Source of the DNA: Octopus sinensis
Taxonomy: Eukaryota
NCBI RefSeq assembly: GCF_006345805.1
Contig: NC_043001.1
Span: 110,236,001 to 110,300,000, forward strand
Length of the DNA: 64,000 nt
Reading direction: 5' to 3'
Positions 25,890 through 38,444 of this stretch are shown here, piece after piece. Under the pieces are notes generated by a model, which saw nothing but the letters and a program-made list of their open reading frames with translations, was not told the DNA's origin and did not search any database. Position 1 is the first letter of the stretch; each line of letters starts with the position of its first letter. The position numbers were made by a program, and so were the translations under genes.

Positions 25890-26615
25890 TCAGCAATCTT
25901 ATTTTTATCACGTACTTTCACTGCACTACCGAACGCAACTCTTTGTGCCTTGTGTATGTACTATGGTTCATTGTGGTGCTCTTATTTTCACTGTATTGTA
26001 AGTATTTTACGTAGAATGTGTACGGTACCATGTATTACAATTTTCTGTATGTTATATATACCTCTCCTGGTGTTTTTGTTATGTATTTGTCTAAATACTT
26101 TTTTATCATACATAATGCGCCTACTTTGATAGGAATTGTTCCTGCTTTAAGACTCCACATGCGGTTTACCTCTATTTCCAGTTCTTTGCATATTGAAAGT
26201 TTTTCTTTTAGAGAAACATTGTCATCTGTTGGTACAGATACATCTATTAGAAAGCTTTGTCTTTGTGTGTGTGTGATCTCTGATAACTATATCTGGTATA
26301 TAAGCCATGATTTCTCTGTGTGTATTGTCATATCCCAGAGAATGGTTGTTGTCTCATTTTCCGTGACCTTTTCTAGCATGCACCTATACCATCTTTTTTC
26401 TGTTGTTATTCCATAGTGTTGGCGTAGGTTCTAGTGTATATCGGTCTCAACTCTGTCATGTTTGTGAATATATTCCTTCTTTGCCAGAACTGGGCAGCCA
26501 ATATTATTTATTGTTTCTTCTCCATGTCCACATATTCTGCGGTTACTTGTATTTCTTTTCATTACATGTCTTGGGGGATTTCTGGTGGGAAGGCATCTCC
26601 TACTTTTTCAGTTAT
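25890..26615 (-). mobile_element. RLE non-LTR retrotransposon 3' fragment (R4/Dong-like) ending in (TAA)n
   Basis: Minus strand: CPVLAKKEYIHKHDRV (post-CCHC region), ILWDMTIHT..EIMAYIPDIVIRDH, FLIDVSVPTDDNVSLKEKLSICKELEIEVNRMWSLKAGTIPIKVGAL. The 3' end runs into the (ATT)n tract at ~25833-25890. Confidence 0.88.
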
Positions 26616-26619
26616 CTTT

Positions 26620-26810
26620 TGGCATCTCTAGCTTTGCAGAATTTCACCCGTCTTTTTACGCTCTGAGTTCAAATTCCGTCAGGGTTAACTCTGACTTTCA
26701 TTCTTTCGTGGTCACTAAAGTAAGAATCAGTTGAACACTGAGTTCGATTAAATCGGCTTATCCCCACCCTCTCAAAAACTCGCTCCCTTGTTCCAAACAT
26801 TTGAAGCCAT
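26620..26810 (+). mobile_element. SINE family C (diverged)
   Basis: tttacgctctgagttcaaattccgtcagggttaactctgactttcattctttcgtggtcactaaa. Confidence 0.7.
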
Positions 26811-27977
26811 TATTTCTGTTGTTGTTTCACTTGACTCAGCTCGCGATATTTATACATTCGAATTATCAATAAATTATCTGTCTCCTGATCAACCTAAATT
26901 GTACAGATTTATGACCGATAGCATCAGCATCTTAACAACAAACTAATTATCATCCCTTACATCTGTTTCAATTAATACTCAATGAATATCAATTAAATAG
27001 TAATTTTTATGTCCTGAGCACAATATCATACAGTCTGCTATAATAAATCCATAAACACATATAAAACATGGCATATTTTTCCCTTTGAAGATATATTCAA
27101 ATTATCAATACAATAAGCAGTTTAAACACATATAGCGAATTAAATTCATAATATATATACTTCCCTAACAAATTGATATCATTTGAATTTTTTACTGGCT
27201 ACCATCATAAATTTTTTCTCTCTTAAGCTCTGAATTTAAGTATACACATGTTTTTGAAACACACTGAGTACAAACATGTCAATTTTCGACACCTTGTCTG
27301 TAAACCCCTTTATATTTTTGGCAGAACAAATAACACTGCCGTATTGACACCACCAAAATACTTCTTCACTTTCAAAACTATTCTGCGGTTACCTGAAAAT
27401 CACATAAAAGTCTATAATACTATTTGAAATATGCTAGACACTGTCAAGTTAAATTTTTCAAAATCTGTATTGCTTCGCACAGAAACTGCCATTGTATATT
27501 TTGATCATCTCCAAATAACATCAACACTATAGCTTTTGAAATTATTGCGATAACATTTTATAACAACACGCAGAAACACAGGCACATACACACACATACA
27601 CACGCTCGGCTACTCTTTAACAATAATGCAGTCAAACCTGCACAACAGCGTTTGGCGGTAATTGTTGGATTGATGAAGTAGCCATATTGAATTGACTGAA
27701 AACAATTAAGACAGTGAAACAACGGCTACGAGTGTTGTTTGGAACAAAAAAACAATGCAAATAAATATAATTTGAAGAAGTTTTAGTCGGAGACGAAGGC
27801 AGCACAGATGCTGAATCTGTCATGCCCAGATATTGAATCAAATGAATGCTTTGTCTTTTGCTTTTCCATCTAAAGTATACTTGGAAATTTTTAGTGGTGA
27901 TGTTGCATAATTCGCAACCCACTGCTTCATATTCATGTCTCATTGTATGTACGTGTCTGCATGCATGTGTCTATCTG

Positions 27978-28008
<31 letters not shown>

Positions 28009-28009
28009 G

Positions 28010-28089
<80 letters not shown>

Positions 28090-28094
28090 CCCGC

Positions 28095-28505
28095 TTTTAC
28101 TCTTTTACTTGTTTCAGAAATTTGACTGCAACCATGCTGGAGCATCGCCTGCAGTCGAGCAAATCAACCCCAGGACTTATATTTCGGAAGCCTAGAACTT
28201 ATTCTATCGGTATCTTTTGCCGAACCGCTAGGTTACGGGGACGTAAACACACCACCATCGGTTGTCAAGCGATGTTGGGTGGGGGGAGACAAACACAGAC
28301 ACACAAATATATACACACATACATATATACATATACATATATATATGAAAGGTTTCTTTCAATTTCCGTCTACCAAATCCACTCACAAGGCTTTGGTCGG
28401 CCTGAGGCTACAGTAGAAGACACTTGCTCAAGGTGCCATGCAGTGGGACTGAATCCGGAACCATGTGGTTGGTAAGCAAGCTACTTACCACATAGCCATT
28501 CCTGC
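28095..28505 (-). mobile_element. tRNA-derived SINE, family A
   Basis: Full-length copy adjoining (TATC)n. Confidence 0.92.
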
Positions 28506-28520
28506 ATATATATATATATA

Positions 28521-28561
<41 letters not shown>

Positions 28562-28948
28562 TTCGCACCTAACGAGCGGGGTGGTATCAATCAAAAGCTA
28601 AAACGGTGTAACGTACATTGTGACCAGCAATATATATCAACATCTGATAGTCTGGTCGATCCCTGGCTTCCAAGTGGTAGTTCACAGACTGGGCGTAGCG
28701 TTGTCTTCTTGAGCAAAGCACTTCAATTCACGTTGCTCTGCGATCATTTCGCCATCTGACATGTGACACATGGTGCATCTATACAGGTGATGTCAATTTA
28801 ATGGACGGAGTGAGCTTATGTATACGAAAGCATTTGATCACTATAAACAAATCATTCGTGTGGTTGTTCAGCTATAAATTGCTGAATCCTCATATGTTAT
28901 ATAACGACGGGAGAGTCCATGATACATATAAAAAGGAAAGAACGTTTA

Positions 28949-29160
28949 CATCCCTTTCAATTAATAATTAACGAATATTAATTAAATATTAAATTCATAT
29001 GACCTGAGCATATCTTATAGTCTGCTATAATGAATTCATAAGCACATATAAAACATCCAAGGGAATAGATTTCCCTCTGAATATATTATAACAAGGTCAT
29101 ATGAATTTAATATTTAATTAATATTCACTAACTATTAATTGAAACAGAAGTAAGGGATGA
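28949..29160. mobile_element. AT-rich fold-back/MITE-like element; partial second copy at ~26945-27100
   Basis: Arms of about 55 bp: ttcaattaata.tta..gaatattaattaaatattaaattcatatgacct and its reverse complement. The spacer cctgagca...cagtctgctataat..at.cataa.cacatataaaacat is shared with 26945-27100. Confidence 0.75.
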
Positions 29161-29361
29161 TAATTAATTTATTGTTAATAAGCAATTATTAACTTCCACG
29201 TCACCATTTTCTTTTTTCTTCTTTTATATGAATATAAACTATATGTTATTATATATATACCTATTATTTTAAGGCAATTAATTCCCCCAAAATAATAGGT
29301 ATTGAACTAGTATTTCCTTGGATAAAACCATCCCTTCATGAGGTTAACGTAGCCTCTAATC

Positions 29362-29437
<76 letters not shown>

Positions 29438-29498
29438 TAAAAAAAGTAAGATAACAAAAGAAAGAAAGAAACCTCAATATTATGTAAATAGTGGAATT

Positions 29499-29747
29499 TA
29501 TCTGTAAAAGTAATATGTGGCAATTATTCGGTAGCCATGATAAAACTCTGAGTTTCGGATGCTGGTGTGGAAATCCACACCACCATCTCTTCAGTTATCC
29601 GGCCATCGGAAAAAAAAGAAATACCCCCCTTTTTTTTCGATGGCCGTATAACTGAAGAGATGGTGGTATAGATTTTCACCTCGGCATCCGAAACCAAGAG
29701 TTTTATCTTGGTTACCGAATAATTGTCACATATTACATTTACAGATA
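29499..29747. mobile_element. Fold-back element (about 120-bp arms) with a hammerhead in each arm
   Basis: 29499-29618 is the imperfect reverse complement of 29629-29747; embedded in (TA)n. Confidence 0.88.
29539..29599 (-). ncRNA. Type I hammerhead ribozyme motif, apparently intact
   Basis: GATAA CTGAAGA GATG g TGGTGTGG attt CCACACCA g CATC C GAA ACTCAGAGT T TTATC: 5-bp stem I, long stem II, quasi-palindromic stem III, GUU triplet. Confidence 0.75.
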
Positions 29748-30638
29748 TATATTATATATATATATAAGAGTATGTGTGTGTATGCCCATTTAACGAACAA
29801 TAAATTATGTAATTATGTATTTCTACAACTCCGTTTTACAGAAAAGTATCCAAATAAATGTGAAGGTTCCCAATGTGAGATATGTACCAACTATTCAAAT
29901 ACAAGTGTACCAACCTGAAAATAAAAATCACACGGAAATTTCTCCAAAATTTAAACATGAATATGAATATGTGGTGTGAAACCCGGCTGCTTGCGAACTA
30001 TATACTGTGTTTGATATTAATGTTATTTCCGATGTCTCAAAGTTAGGTTATTTAGAGCTTTTTCCTATATTTAAATTCAGCAGCAATAAATCAATAAATT
30101 GTAAAGAAAAAGTCAGAATAAACTCTGTATTCTTATAGACTCTTCCCATTTCACGTAATTTTCCTTATGCGTTGTGTAATGTTTTCTTCTCTTTAAAAAA
30201 AAATGTTTTTATGAAATTCTTTCTTGCATTTGATGTTCTGATCTTCATTTTATTGCTTTGTTTTGCATTGTACTTGTTTTTGTTTTATTATTATCATTTC
30301 TGATTCAACTATTACAACGTTATATATACATACATAAAAACATATACATACATATATGTGTGTATGTATGTATGTATGTATGTATGTATGTTATGTACAT
30401 ATGTATATATTTGTGTGTATGTATGTATGTATGTATGTATGTATGTATGTATGTATGTACGTATGTATATGTGTGTGTATATATATATATAGTTAATCAA
30501 TAATTTCCGTTTTTATTTAAAGTTGCTCGACGAAAATAAATGTGTTTGTGTATTTGTGCATGTATACATACATAATATATACATATATCTACACACATAC
30601 ATACATACATCTACACACACACATACATACATTCATAC

Positions 30639-30709
<71 letters not shown>

Positions 30710-30713
30710 TGCT

Positions 30714-30746
<33 letters not shown>

Positions 30747-31295
30747 AGAAAGAAAGAGAAAGAGAGAGTGAGAGTGACAGAAGGGGAGTTAAGAAAAAGC
30801 AGAATGAAAACTGCCGCAGAACGCATAAAAAACAAAAGAAAACATTTCGTTGACTAGTAATATATGTTCGTGTTGTCTTTAATGTGTCCCTTCTCTTATT
30901 TTCTTGTGTTTTATAAGATTTTATCATTGTTTGTCCATCTATATGTTGCTTCATTTAATCTCTCAGACTTGTGTCTTGAAATCCCGCCAGGCTCGTTTCA
31001 GTTCTGAGGTATAGTCCCATTGTAAGAAATCATATTTTTTCCCCTCCACTGTTATGCAGAAACTAGGCAAAGTTTGAAATGAAATGTGTTCTGTTATTTA
31101 ACCACGCGAAATCTTCGAGTTGGTAAAATTGTTAGAGCATTGACAAAATATGTTTTTTGCTATGTATTCAAGCTTTTGATATTCTAAGTTCAAATCCTGC
31201 CAAGGCTAACTTTGCTACTTGTTCTTCCAGTGTATAATGAAATAATGTATCACTCAAATGTAGATAGAAGTCGATGAAAAAACAAGCATTTCATC

Positions 31296-31571
31296 GGTTA
31301 GGACGATGACACGTTGCTGATGATCCTAGCAGCCTGCTCGTAATATTAACGTCCAAGTGGTTGAGTACAGCAAAAACACGAATAACCTCAAAAACAAAAA
31401 GACAAAAGTTGTGATTCTCAAAGAGATTCAATGTCACAGTACAGGTACAACACATTTTTGTACTGGGTGAAAGTGAAATAAAATATCTTGTGCAAAGGAC
31501 TCGAATTCACCAGAACTCGAACTCACAATCATGAGCCGAATACCTCTACCTACTAAACCACGCGCCTTCAC
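31296..31571 (-). mobile_element. Diverged SINE (family B/D type)
   Basis: Reverse-strand head gaaggcgcgtggtttagtagg...gattgtgagttcgag; gcagcctgctcgtaatattaacgt tail motif. Confidence 0.6.
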
Positions 31572-32176
31572 AGAGGTAATGATATCAACTGATCCCTAAT
31601 TATTGCAGACTTTGCATCTAAGTCAGAAAGAAATGTTTGCTGTGTTGTGTGGAGGAGCTGATGAAATGGTTAGTCGGTGGGGCAAACGCTTTCTGGTTAT
31701 TCGTTCCGGCTCAATGCGTTCATACTTCAAATCTTGCCGAAGTTTAATTTGCTTATCATCTTTTTAAAGCCGATTAAATAGATTACCAGTAAGTGTGAGT
31801 AGATGCTGTCAAATAACCCTCTCTGCTCAAAAGTTCTGGTCCCAAAATGGCTACTTTATATTTTGAACACGAGAGCAGAGCGCGTCCGACTTCGTCTGTC
31901 ACTTTCCTTCAGATTCGATGAAAATAAGAAATAGTCAGTTCTCTGCGAAAGGTTGGTATGCATTCAACCAACTGCCCAGTGGTCTTTATGTGGTCTGTCG
32001 ACCTGCCAGGTATACTGACATTATCTCCATCAAACCACACTGACGAACCTGTCGAGCTAACTTTGAAAGTTTGCATAAAAGTAAATCAAAGCAAAATATC
32101 TCATCCAAAAATAACAGTATTTAAAAGAAATCAAAAATATCAACTAGATTATGGCTGGGATATAACAGTTTACTCA

Positions 32177-32925
32177 AAGTAGCCCTCCTCCGCTTCCACC
32201 ATTGTTTCAAGACAACTCTTGAACCTGGTACATGATTTCCTTACTGTGTCTCTGAGATCTCGGAACAGCTTCATCTTGCCCACCAGCTTGGCTTTGGTGC
32301 TGCAGGCAGGGCCGTTGATATTTTTTCTCAACTGCACTCCAGACACAGTAATCCATCAGTTAACGATCGAGGGTGTTAAGAGGCCATAAATTGGACCGGC
32401 GATGACGTAAAAATTCTCCGCCAATCACTTCTGACCTTTCCCCGGGGGCGTGTAAATAAGCCAAATCCTACTGCCAGACATATGGCCTTCCAGTAGAAAC
32501 CTTCTCCAGCCAGGGATTAAACTCCTGTAGCATCACATAGCCACAGGAATTGATGCTAAGCAATGTTTGAAGATGCGAGGATCAATTCCAGGATACGGAT
32601 GAAGTCAGAATATTTGCTGTGTCCCTCCCTGCTGGCTACGTCTTCCGAGTCTTAGTTGTAACTGCACATGTCTTGATTTTACAGTCTTTTACCGAGTTCA
32701 CGGAGTATTGACTGAGCAGCAGTCATGATACGGACATTTTCGCTCTCGTCACAAATCATCATAATGGCAGTAAATCTTTTTCAATTCAGAGGGCGTCCAA
32801 TCCTCCATGTCAGCTAACATTTTCTAAACTACAACTTTAATAGTTATGCCTTTCAACGCCATTGACTGTTCCTGAAAGAAAAATGAAAAAAAGAAATCGT
32901 CAAATTTTGCCCAAACACCCGGTTA
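32177..32925 (-). mobile_element. Internally deleted Tc1/mariner transposase remnant, DD37D (maT-like)
   Basis: N-terminal MEDWTPSE..TAIMMIC..ENVRIMTAAQ joined to PWLEKVSTGRPYVWQ*DLAYLHAP..QK*LAENF..NLWPLNTLDR*LMDYCVWSAVEK..MVEAEEGYFE*. 37 residues lie between the last two Asp after correcting one frameshift. Confidence 0.85.
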
Positions 32926-33269
32926 TATTCACAATGGGGAGAACATACTTCACGGTTTTAATCCTGAAATGATATTTAGTTGTTGTCTTCTTCTTCCAAT
33001 CAGGACTCACGCCATTAGCCACAAAGAATAATCTCTAATTCGAGCCTACTCTAAGCTACTAAGAATGCGTAGATCCACACCCCACATGCGATAGACTGGC
33101 GGTTGCACGGGCGCGAATGCTACGTTGTTATCCTCATTCCGTAAACGGTGGCTTTAAACGGGTGGAGAGCTGAACCATCCTGGAGTACAGAGGATTGGCA
33201 ATCTAGACTAGGGTCTGAAAGTTTACCACACCATAGTGGATTACACCATGGTTCCTCTGCTTTGTGTCA

Positions 33270-33464
33270 GAAGTAGGAAGAAAGCGTGAGAGAAAGTTGT
33301 TGTGAAAGAGTACAGCGGGGTTCACCACGCTCCTCCCGCCGGAGCCTCGTGGATCCTAGGTATTCTTGCGCAATAAACACTCTCAATGCTCGGTCTGGGA
33401 ATCGAAACCGCGTTCTTACGACCACGAGTCCGCTGCCCTAACCACTGGGCCATTGCACCTCCAC
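33270..33464 (-). mobile_element. SINE family B, 5' half
   Basis: Reverse of ggaggtgcaatggcccagtggttagggcagcggactcgtggtcgtaagaacgcggtttcgattcccagacc (A and B boxes). Confidence 0.88.
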
Positions 33465-33930
33465 TTTAGTTGTTGATTTATCGTCCAATATATGATATTA
33501 TAACACAGGTCAAACATGAAAACATTTCAATCATCACCATGCAATTTTCTTCTTTTATTTTAAGACGTTCTGGAACAAGAGCCAGGATGTCTTATGGGTC
33601 CCTGCTTTCAAAAGTTTATTACAATTTTAGTTACAAGCAGTTCGAGCGAGCAACAATTTGGAGGCCCTCTTTGTAAATCGAGAAGGCCCTTCAAGTCCTA
33701 CCTTAACCTCAACTCTTTCCCTCTCTCTCTCTCCCTCTTTTCAGCTTTCATTCTTTCATTATATTTCATTCTTTATTTTTCTTTCTATCTTCCTTTCTTT
33801 CTCTCTTACTTACTTCCTTTTTTCTTTCTTTGTTTCTTTTCTTCTTTGTTTCTTTGTTTCTTCCTTCCTCTCCAGTTTACTATCTATCTATCTATCCGTC
33901 TGTCTGTCTGTCTCCCTCTCCCTCCCACTA

Positions 33931-33989
<59 letters not shown>

Positions 33990-34066
33990 TACATATATAT
34001 ATCCATCAACTCTGTCTCTCTCTCTCTATATATATATATATGTAAGTATATATATATCCATCAACA

Positions 34067-34097
<31 letters not shown>

Positions 34098-34136
34098 ATA
34101 TATATATATATATTATATATATATATATCTATATAT

Positions 34137-34221
<85 letters not shown>

Positions 34222-35272
34222 TTATCCATCATCTATCTACCTATCAATCTATGTCAGTCTCTGTCCTGCTTCACTCATCACCCACTTCTTCCTCTCTATT
34301 CTTCAGTATCTCTTTATTTTTCTTCTTTTCTTTTATGAACGACATTACTGGAAGTCAGTGATCAATTAATGAGAAGCCCAAAACCCCAATTGCAAATTGC
34401 AACATGCATTTCCCACTCCCTTCCAAGTAGATACTAAACAAGTAAACACGGACTGACTAACATGTACATGTATAATCGACGATATATATAATTCATTTCC
34501 AAAACACACACACATTTCTAAAACACACACACACCTATACATAGGCAAATGTACACTCATTCACGTATACATACATCACACAACCTATCAAAAGTACATG
34601 CACGCATATAGATATGCATGCATACATATATATACATATCTACAAAGATGTGTATGTATGCGTAGACGCTCAGAGATACGCACTGTAAGTAGCAGAACTA
34701 AACACATAACAACAGAAACATGATCGAGGTTATTGATCGAATTATCGACATGGGAAATCCGCATGAAGATGAAAGGATGGTATGTGCTCGTATCTGTACA
34801 TATACACGTGTGTGCGCATGTGATTGCGTGTGTATCGATACAGGCATATATGTATGTATGTATGTATATGTATGTATGTATGTATGTATGCATGTATGTA
34901 TGTATGTATGCGCACATTTATACACACAAAACTGTCACACATATAGGTATACACACATGTTTATGATATTTATTTCTATTTGTTTGTGGGGATTGATTAT
35001 TGAGTTTGCAAGATAGATAGAGGAATGAAGTGGAAGCGAGGGAAACCCCCTCGTAAAGATGAGAATAAGCTGATCAAGGACAAGGGGAATTATGCTATCA
35101 GATAAAGAGACAGGTAGTCAGTCAGCCAGTCAGCCAGTCAGCCAGTCAATCAGTCAGATAATAGCGGGTTGGAGGGAGATGAAGGAGATGGGGGGGGGGG
35201 AGATAAAGAAAAAAAGAAAGAAAGAAAGAAAGAAAGAGAGGGAGAAAAAGAGAGAGAGATGAAGACATTTAT

Positions 35273-35311
<39 letters not shown>

Positions 35312-35480
35312 GGTGAGGTGTGCGTACGTGTGTCTGTGTGTAGGTGTGTGCGCGTGCGTTCGTATTCGATTTGAAGAGTGTAAGAAGGAGAGAGTGGGAA
35401 AGCACTTGAAGGAGAAACACGTTCAGACGGGAAATAGAAGAGAAAGTATACTCATTCAGAAACACACACACACACACACA

Positions 35481-35529
<49 letters not shown>

Positions 35530-36256
35530 CACACACACATGTACACACACACACACACACAACCAGGCACATTCAATCACACACAACCAGACACATTCAC
35601 ACACAGACACACATTCACACACCGACACATACACACAGACACGCACACACTCACACGCACACACTCACGCTCATACACACGCGCACACACACACATTTCA
35701 AGAACATTGCTATTGGGGAGAATGAGATAGCTAGAGACAGACGCACAGACAGACATACAGAGAAACAGACAGGCAGACAGACAGTCAGAGAGGCTGAGTG
35801 GCAATCAGACTGATCGTCAGAGAGGGAGAGTTATATGGTGTGAGAGGGGAGATATGGGTTTTCTTGAACGTTTTCGAGAGGAGAGGAAGCGGCGGAGAGT
35901 AAGGAGCAGACGAACTGGGTTACAGGTCTTTCGTTTACGTATTCGAAACGGCGTACAACATATCGCTTTCTGAAACTAAACACAAGAACAAAAATCTAAA
36001 TAAATACAATTTATACTCTCTCTCTCTCTATATATATATATATATCTCTCTCACAGACACACACACACACACAGACACACACACGCACATACACATGCAC
36101 ACTCATATTACACACGGTTTCACAGGAACAACAAGTTCGGGCGGTGTGTGCACGCAAGTGTCAGGATATTAAATAAAGGCTGATTATATTCCAGGACTTT
36201 TTTTTTTTTTTGATACGTACGTGAAGCTCGCTTCATTTTGTTATTATTATTTTGCT

Positions 36257-36880
36257 AAGGCAGCGAGCTGGCAGGAACGTTAGCACACCGGGCGAAATGC
36301 GTAACCGTATTTCGTCTGCCGTTACGTTCTGAGTTCAAATTCCGCCGAGGTCGACATTGCCTTTCATCCTTTCGGGGTCGATTAAATAAGTACCGGTTAC
36401 GCACTAGGGTCGACATAATCGACTTAATCCGTTTGTCTGTTCTTGTTTGTCCTTTCTGTGTTTAGCTCCTTGTGGGTAGTAAAGAAATAGGCATTTCGTC
36501 TGCCGCTACGTTCTGAGTTCAAACTCCGCCGAGATCGACTTTACCTTTCATCCTTTCGGGGTCAATAAATTAAGTACCAGTTACGCACTCGAGTCGATGT
36601 AATCGACTTAATCCGTTTGTCTGTCCTTGTTTGTCCCCTCTGTGTTTAGCCCCTTGTGGGCAATAAAAAAATAAGAAACGTTAGCACGCCGGGCGAAACG
36701 CTTAGCAGTATTTAGTCTATCTTCACCTTCTGAGTTCAAAATTTCCCGACGTCGAATTTGCATTTCATCCTTTCGAGGTCGATAAATCAAGTATCAGTTG
36801 CGTACTGGGGTTGATCTAATCGACTGGCTCCCTCCCCAAAAGTTTCGGGCCTTGTGCCTGGAGTAGAAAAGATTATTATT
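36257..36880 (+). mobile_element. Head-to-tail array of three SINE family C modules
   Basis: atttcgtctgccg.tacgttctgagttcaaa.tccgccgag.tcgac.tt.cctttcatcctttcggggtc.ataaat.aagtacc repeats at ~36310, ~36495 and ~36715. Confidence 0.9.
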
Positions 36881-37029
36881 TTCCTTTCTGAAGGCGCATG
36901 GCTTAGTGGTTCGGGCATTCGGATCATGATGGTATGGTCGTGAGTCCAATTCCCGGCGACGTATTATGTCCTTTAGCAAGACATTTCGCTTTTCACTTTT
37001 CGGTGTCGATAAGATCGTCGTCATCGCAG

Positions 37030-37401
37030 CCCTCCGTGGGTTACGACAACAAGTGTCCCAGTTGATCCGATCAACGGAACAGCCTGCTCGTGAAATTAAA
37101 GTGTAAGTGGTTGCGCACTCCGCAGACACGAGTACCCTTAAACCCTTAACCTAGTTCTCGGGGAGATTTAGCGTGACAAGGCTAACTCTTTGAAATACAG
37201 GTACAACAGAAACAGGAAGAATGAGTGAGAGAAAGTTGTAGTGAAAGAGTACAGCAGGGTTGGCCACCACCCCCTGCCGGAGCCTCGGGGAGCTTTAGGT
37301 GTTTTCGCTCAATAAACACTTACAACGCCAAGTCTGGGAGTCAAAACCGCGACCGCACATCTGCGAGTCCGTTTCCCTAACCCCTGGGCTATTGCGCCCC
37401 C
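37030..37401 (-). mobile_element. SINE family B, full length
   Basis: Reverse complement of the 60293-60676 copy. Confidence 0.88.
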
Positions 37402-37588
37402 ACCTCGATAAGTAATAGCTGAAACCTGAGGTCGGTGTAATCGAATAACCCCCTCCTCCTCCAGCGAGTTTCCTGGCATCGTACCAAAATTTGAAACCAT
37501 TATTATTCCCTTTTGATTTCATCGTTGCTGATTGTTGAAACCTATCAGAGCAGTGCAATAAATAATGAGTCCGACCATGACTCTAGGG

Positions 37589-37900
37589 CAGGGATTCCCA
37601 ACCTTATTTTGCTTGCAGACCCTGAGAGCTATCTTATCATCTGTGAACCCCATATATGCACATGTAAAATTTTGAAATAATATATTTGTTTGTAGGTTAG
37701 TAAAAATTAACGGTGAAACGTTCTCATTATATTCACAACAAATTCCAGATACAAATCTTGAAAATTTCAATAAATACAGGTTCCTCTCTTATAAACAAAA
37801 TTTATATATGGACGCACAAATTACAATCTTTCACTTGTGGATCTCCTTAAAGCTTCTGTGGAACCCTGGGTTCCATGTGAATCCGAGTTGAGAGCCCCTG
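37589..37900. mobile_element. hAT-type MITE
   Basis: Imperfect TIRs cagggattcccaac / gttgagagcccctg; 8-bp flanks ctctaggg / ctctaaag (6/8), fitting a Charlie-like NTCTAGAN target. Confidence 0.7.
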
Positions 37901-38126
37901 CTCTAAAGTCTCTGTGTGTTTCAAAATAATTATTTGTTAAGACGGCAGGGTGTGAGCAGAGAATAAATTGGTTGCGATATCGTGTAAGCTGAAGAAGTTG
38001 GTACGTAGAATAAGTGTTTGTTTTAACAGTTTCCAACTTATGACAGTCCTTCGCCAAATAATCCGCCTCGCACTCAAAATGAGATTGTCATGATAAGGTA
38101 TGATAATCTTAAAACTGGCTATAATT

Positions 38127-38345
38127 GGTGTGGTTAGAGCATCTGACTCGCGGTCGAGGGATCGCGGGTTCGAATCTCAGACCGGGCGATGTGTGTTTAT
38201 GAGTGAAACACCTAAGCTTCACGCGGCTCCGGCGAGAAGGTAATGACGAACTTCTGCTGACTCTTTCGCCACAACTTTCTCTCCAGGTGGAGAACCTATA
38301 AGCCAAGGAAACCGGCCCTTATGAGCCAGGCAGAGATTGAGAAGA
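38127..38345 (+). mobile_element. SINE family B head with a different tail
   Basis: tggttagagcatctgactcgcggtcgagggatcgcgggttcgaatctcagaccgggcg; it diverges from family B after caactttctctc. Confidence 0.75.
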
Positions 38346-38444
38346 AACAAACAACATAATTGGTACCACCATACCAATTGCAAATGTTGGCATGAGGCCA
38401 CCAATGTGCAAATCAATTACAATTCAACTGATACTTATTTTATA

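Noticed and set aside
18726-29747. Idea that the long palindromes are assembly fold-back artefacts
   Set aside because: The arms differ by many substitutions and indels, and related single-arm copies exist elsewhere (9.2, 25.4, 26.9 kb).
33025-33125. Possible HDV-like ribozyme (…gggcgCGAATgctacg with upstream cgtag)
   Set aside because: P2 and J4/2 look plausible, but P1 has mismatches, L3 is too long and P4 does not pair.
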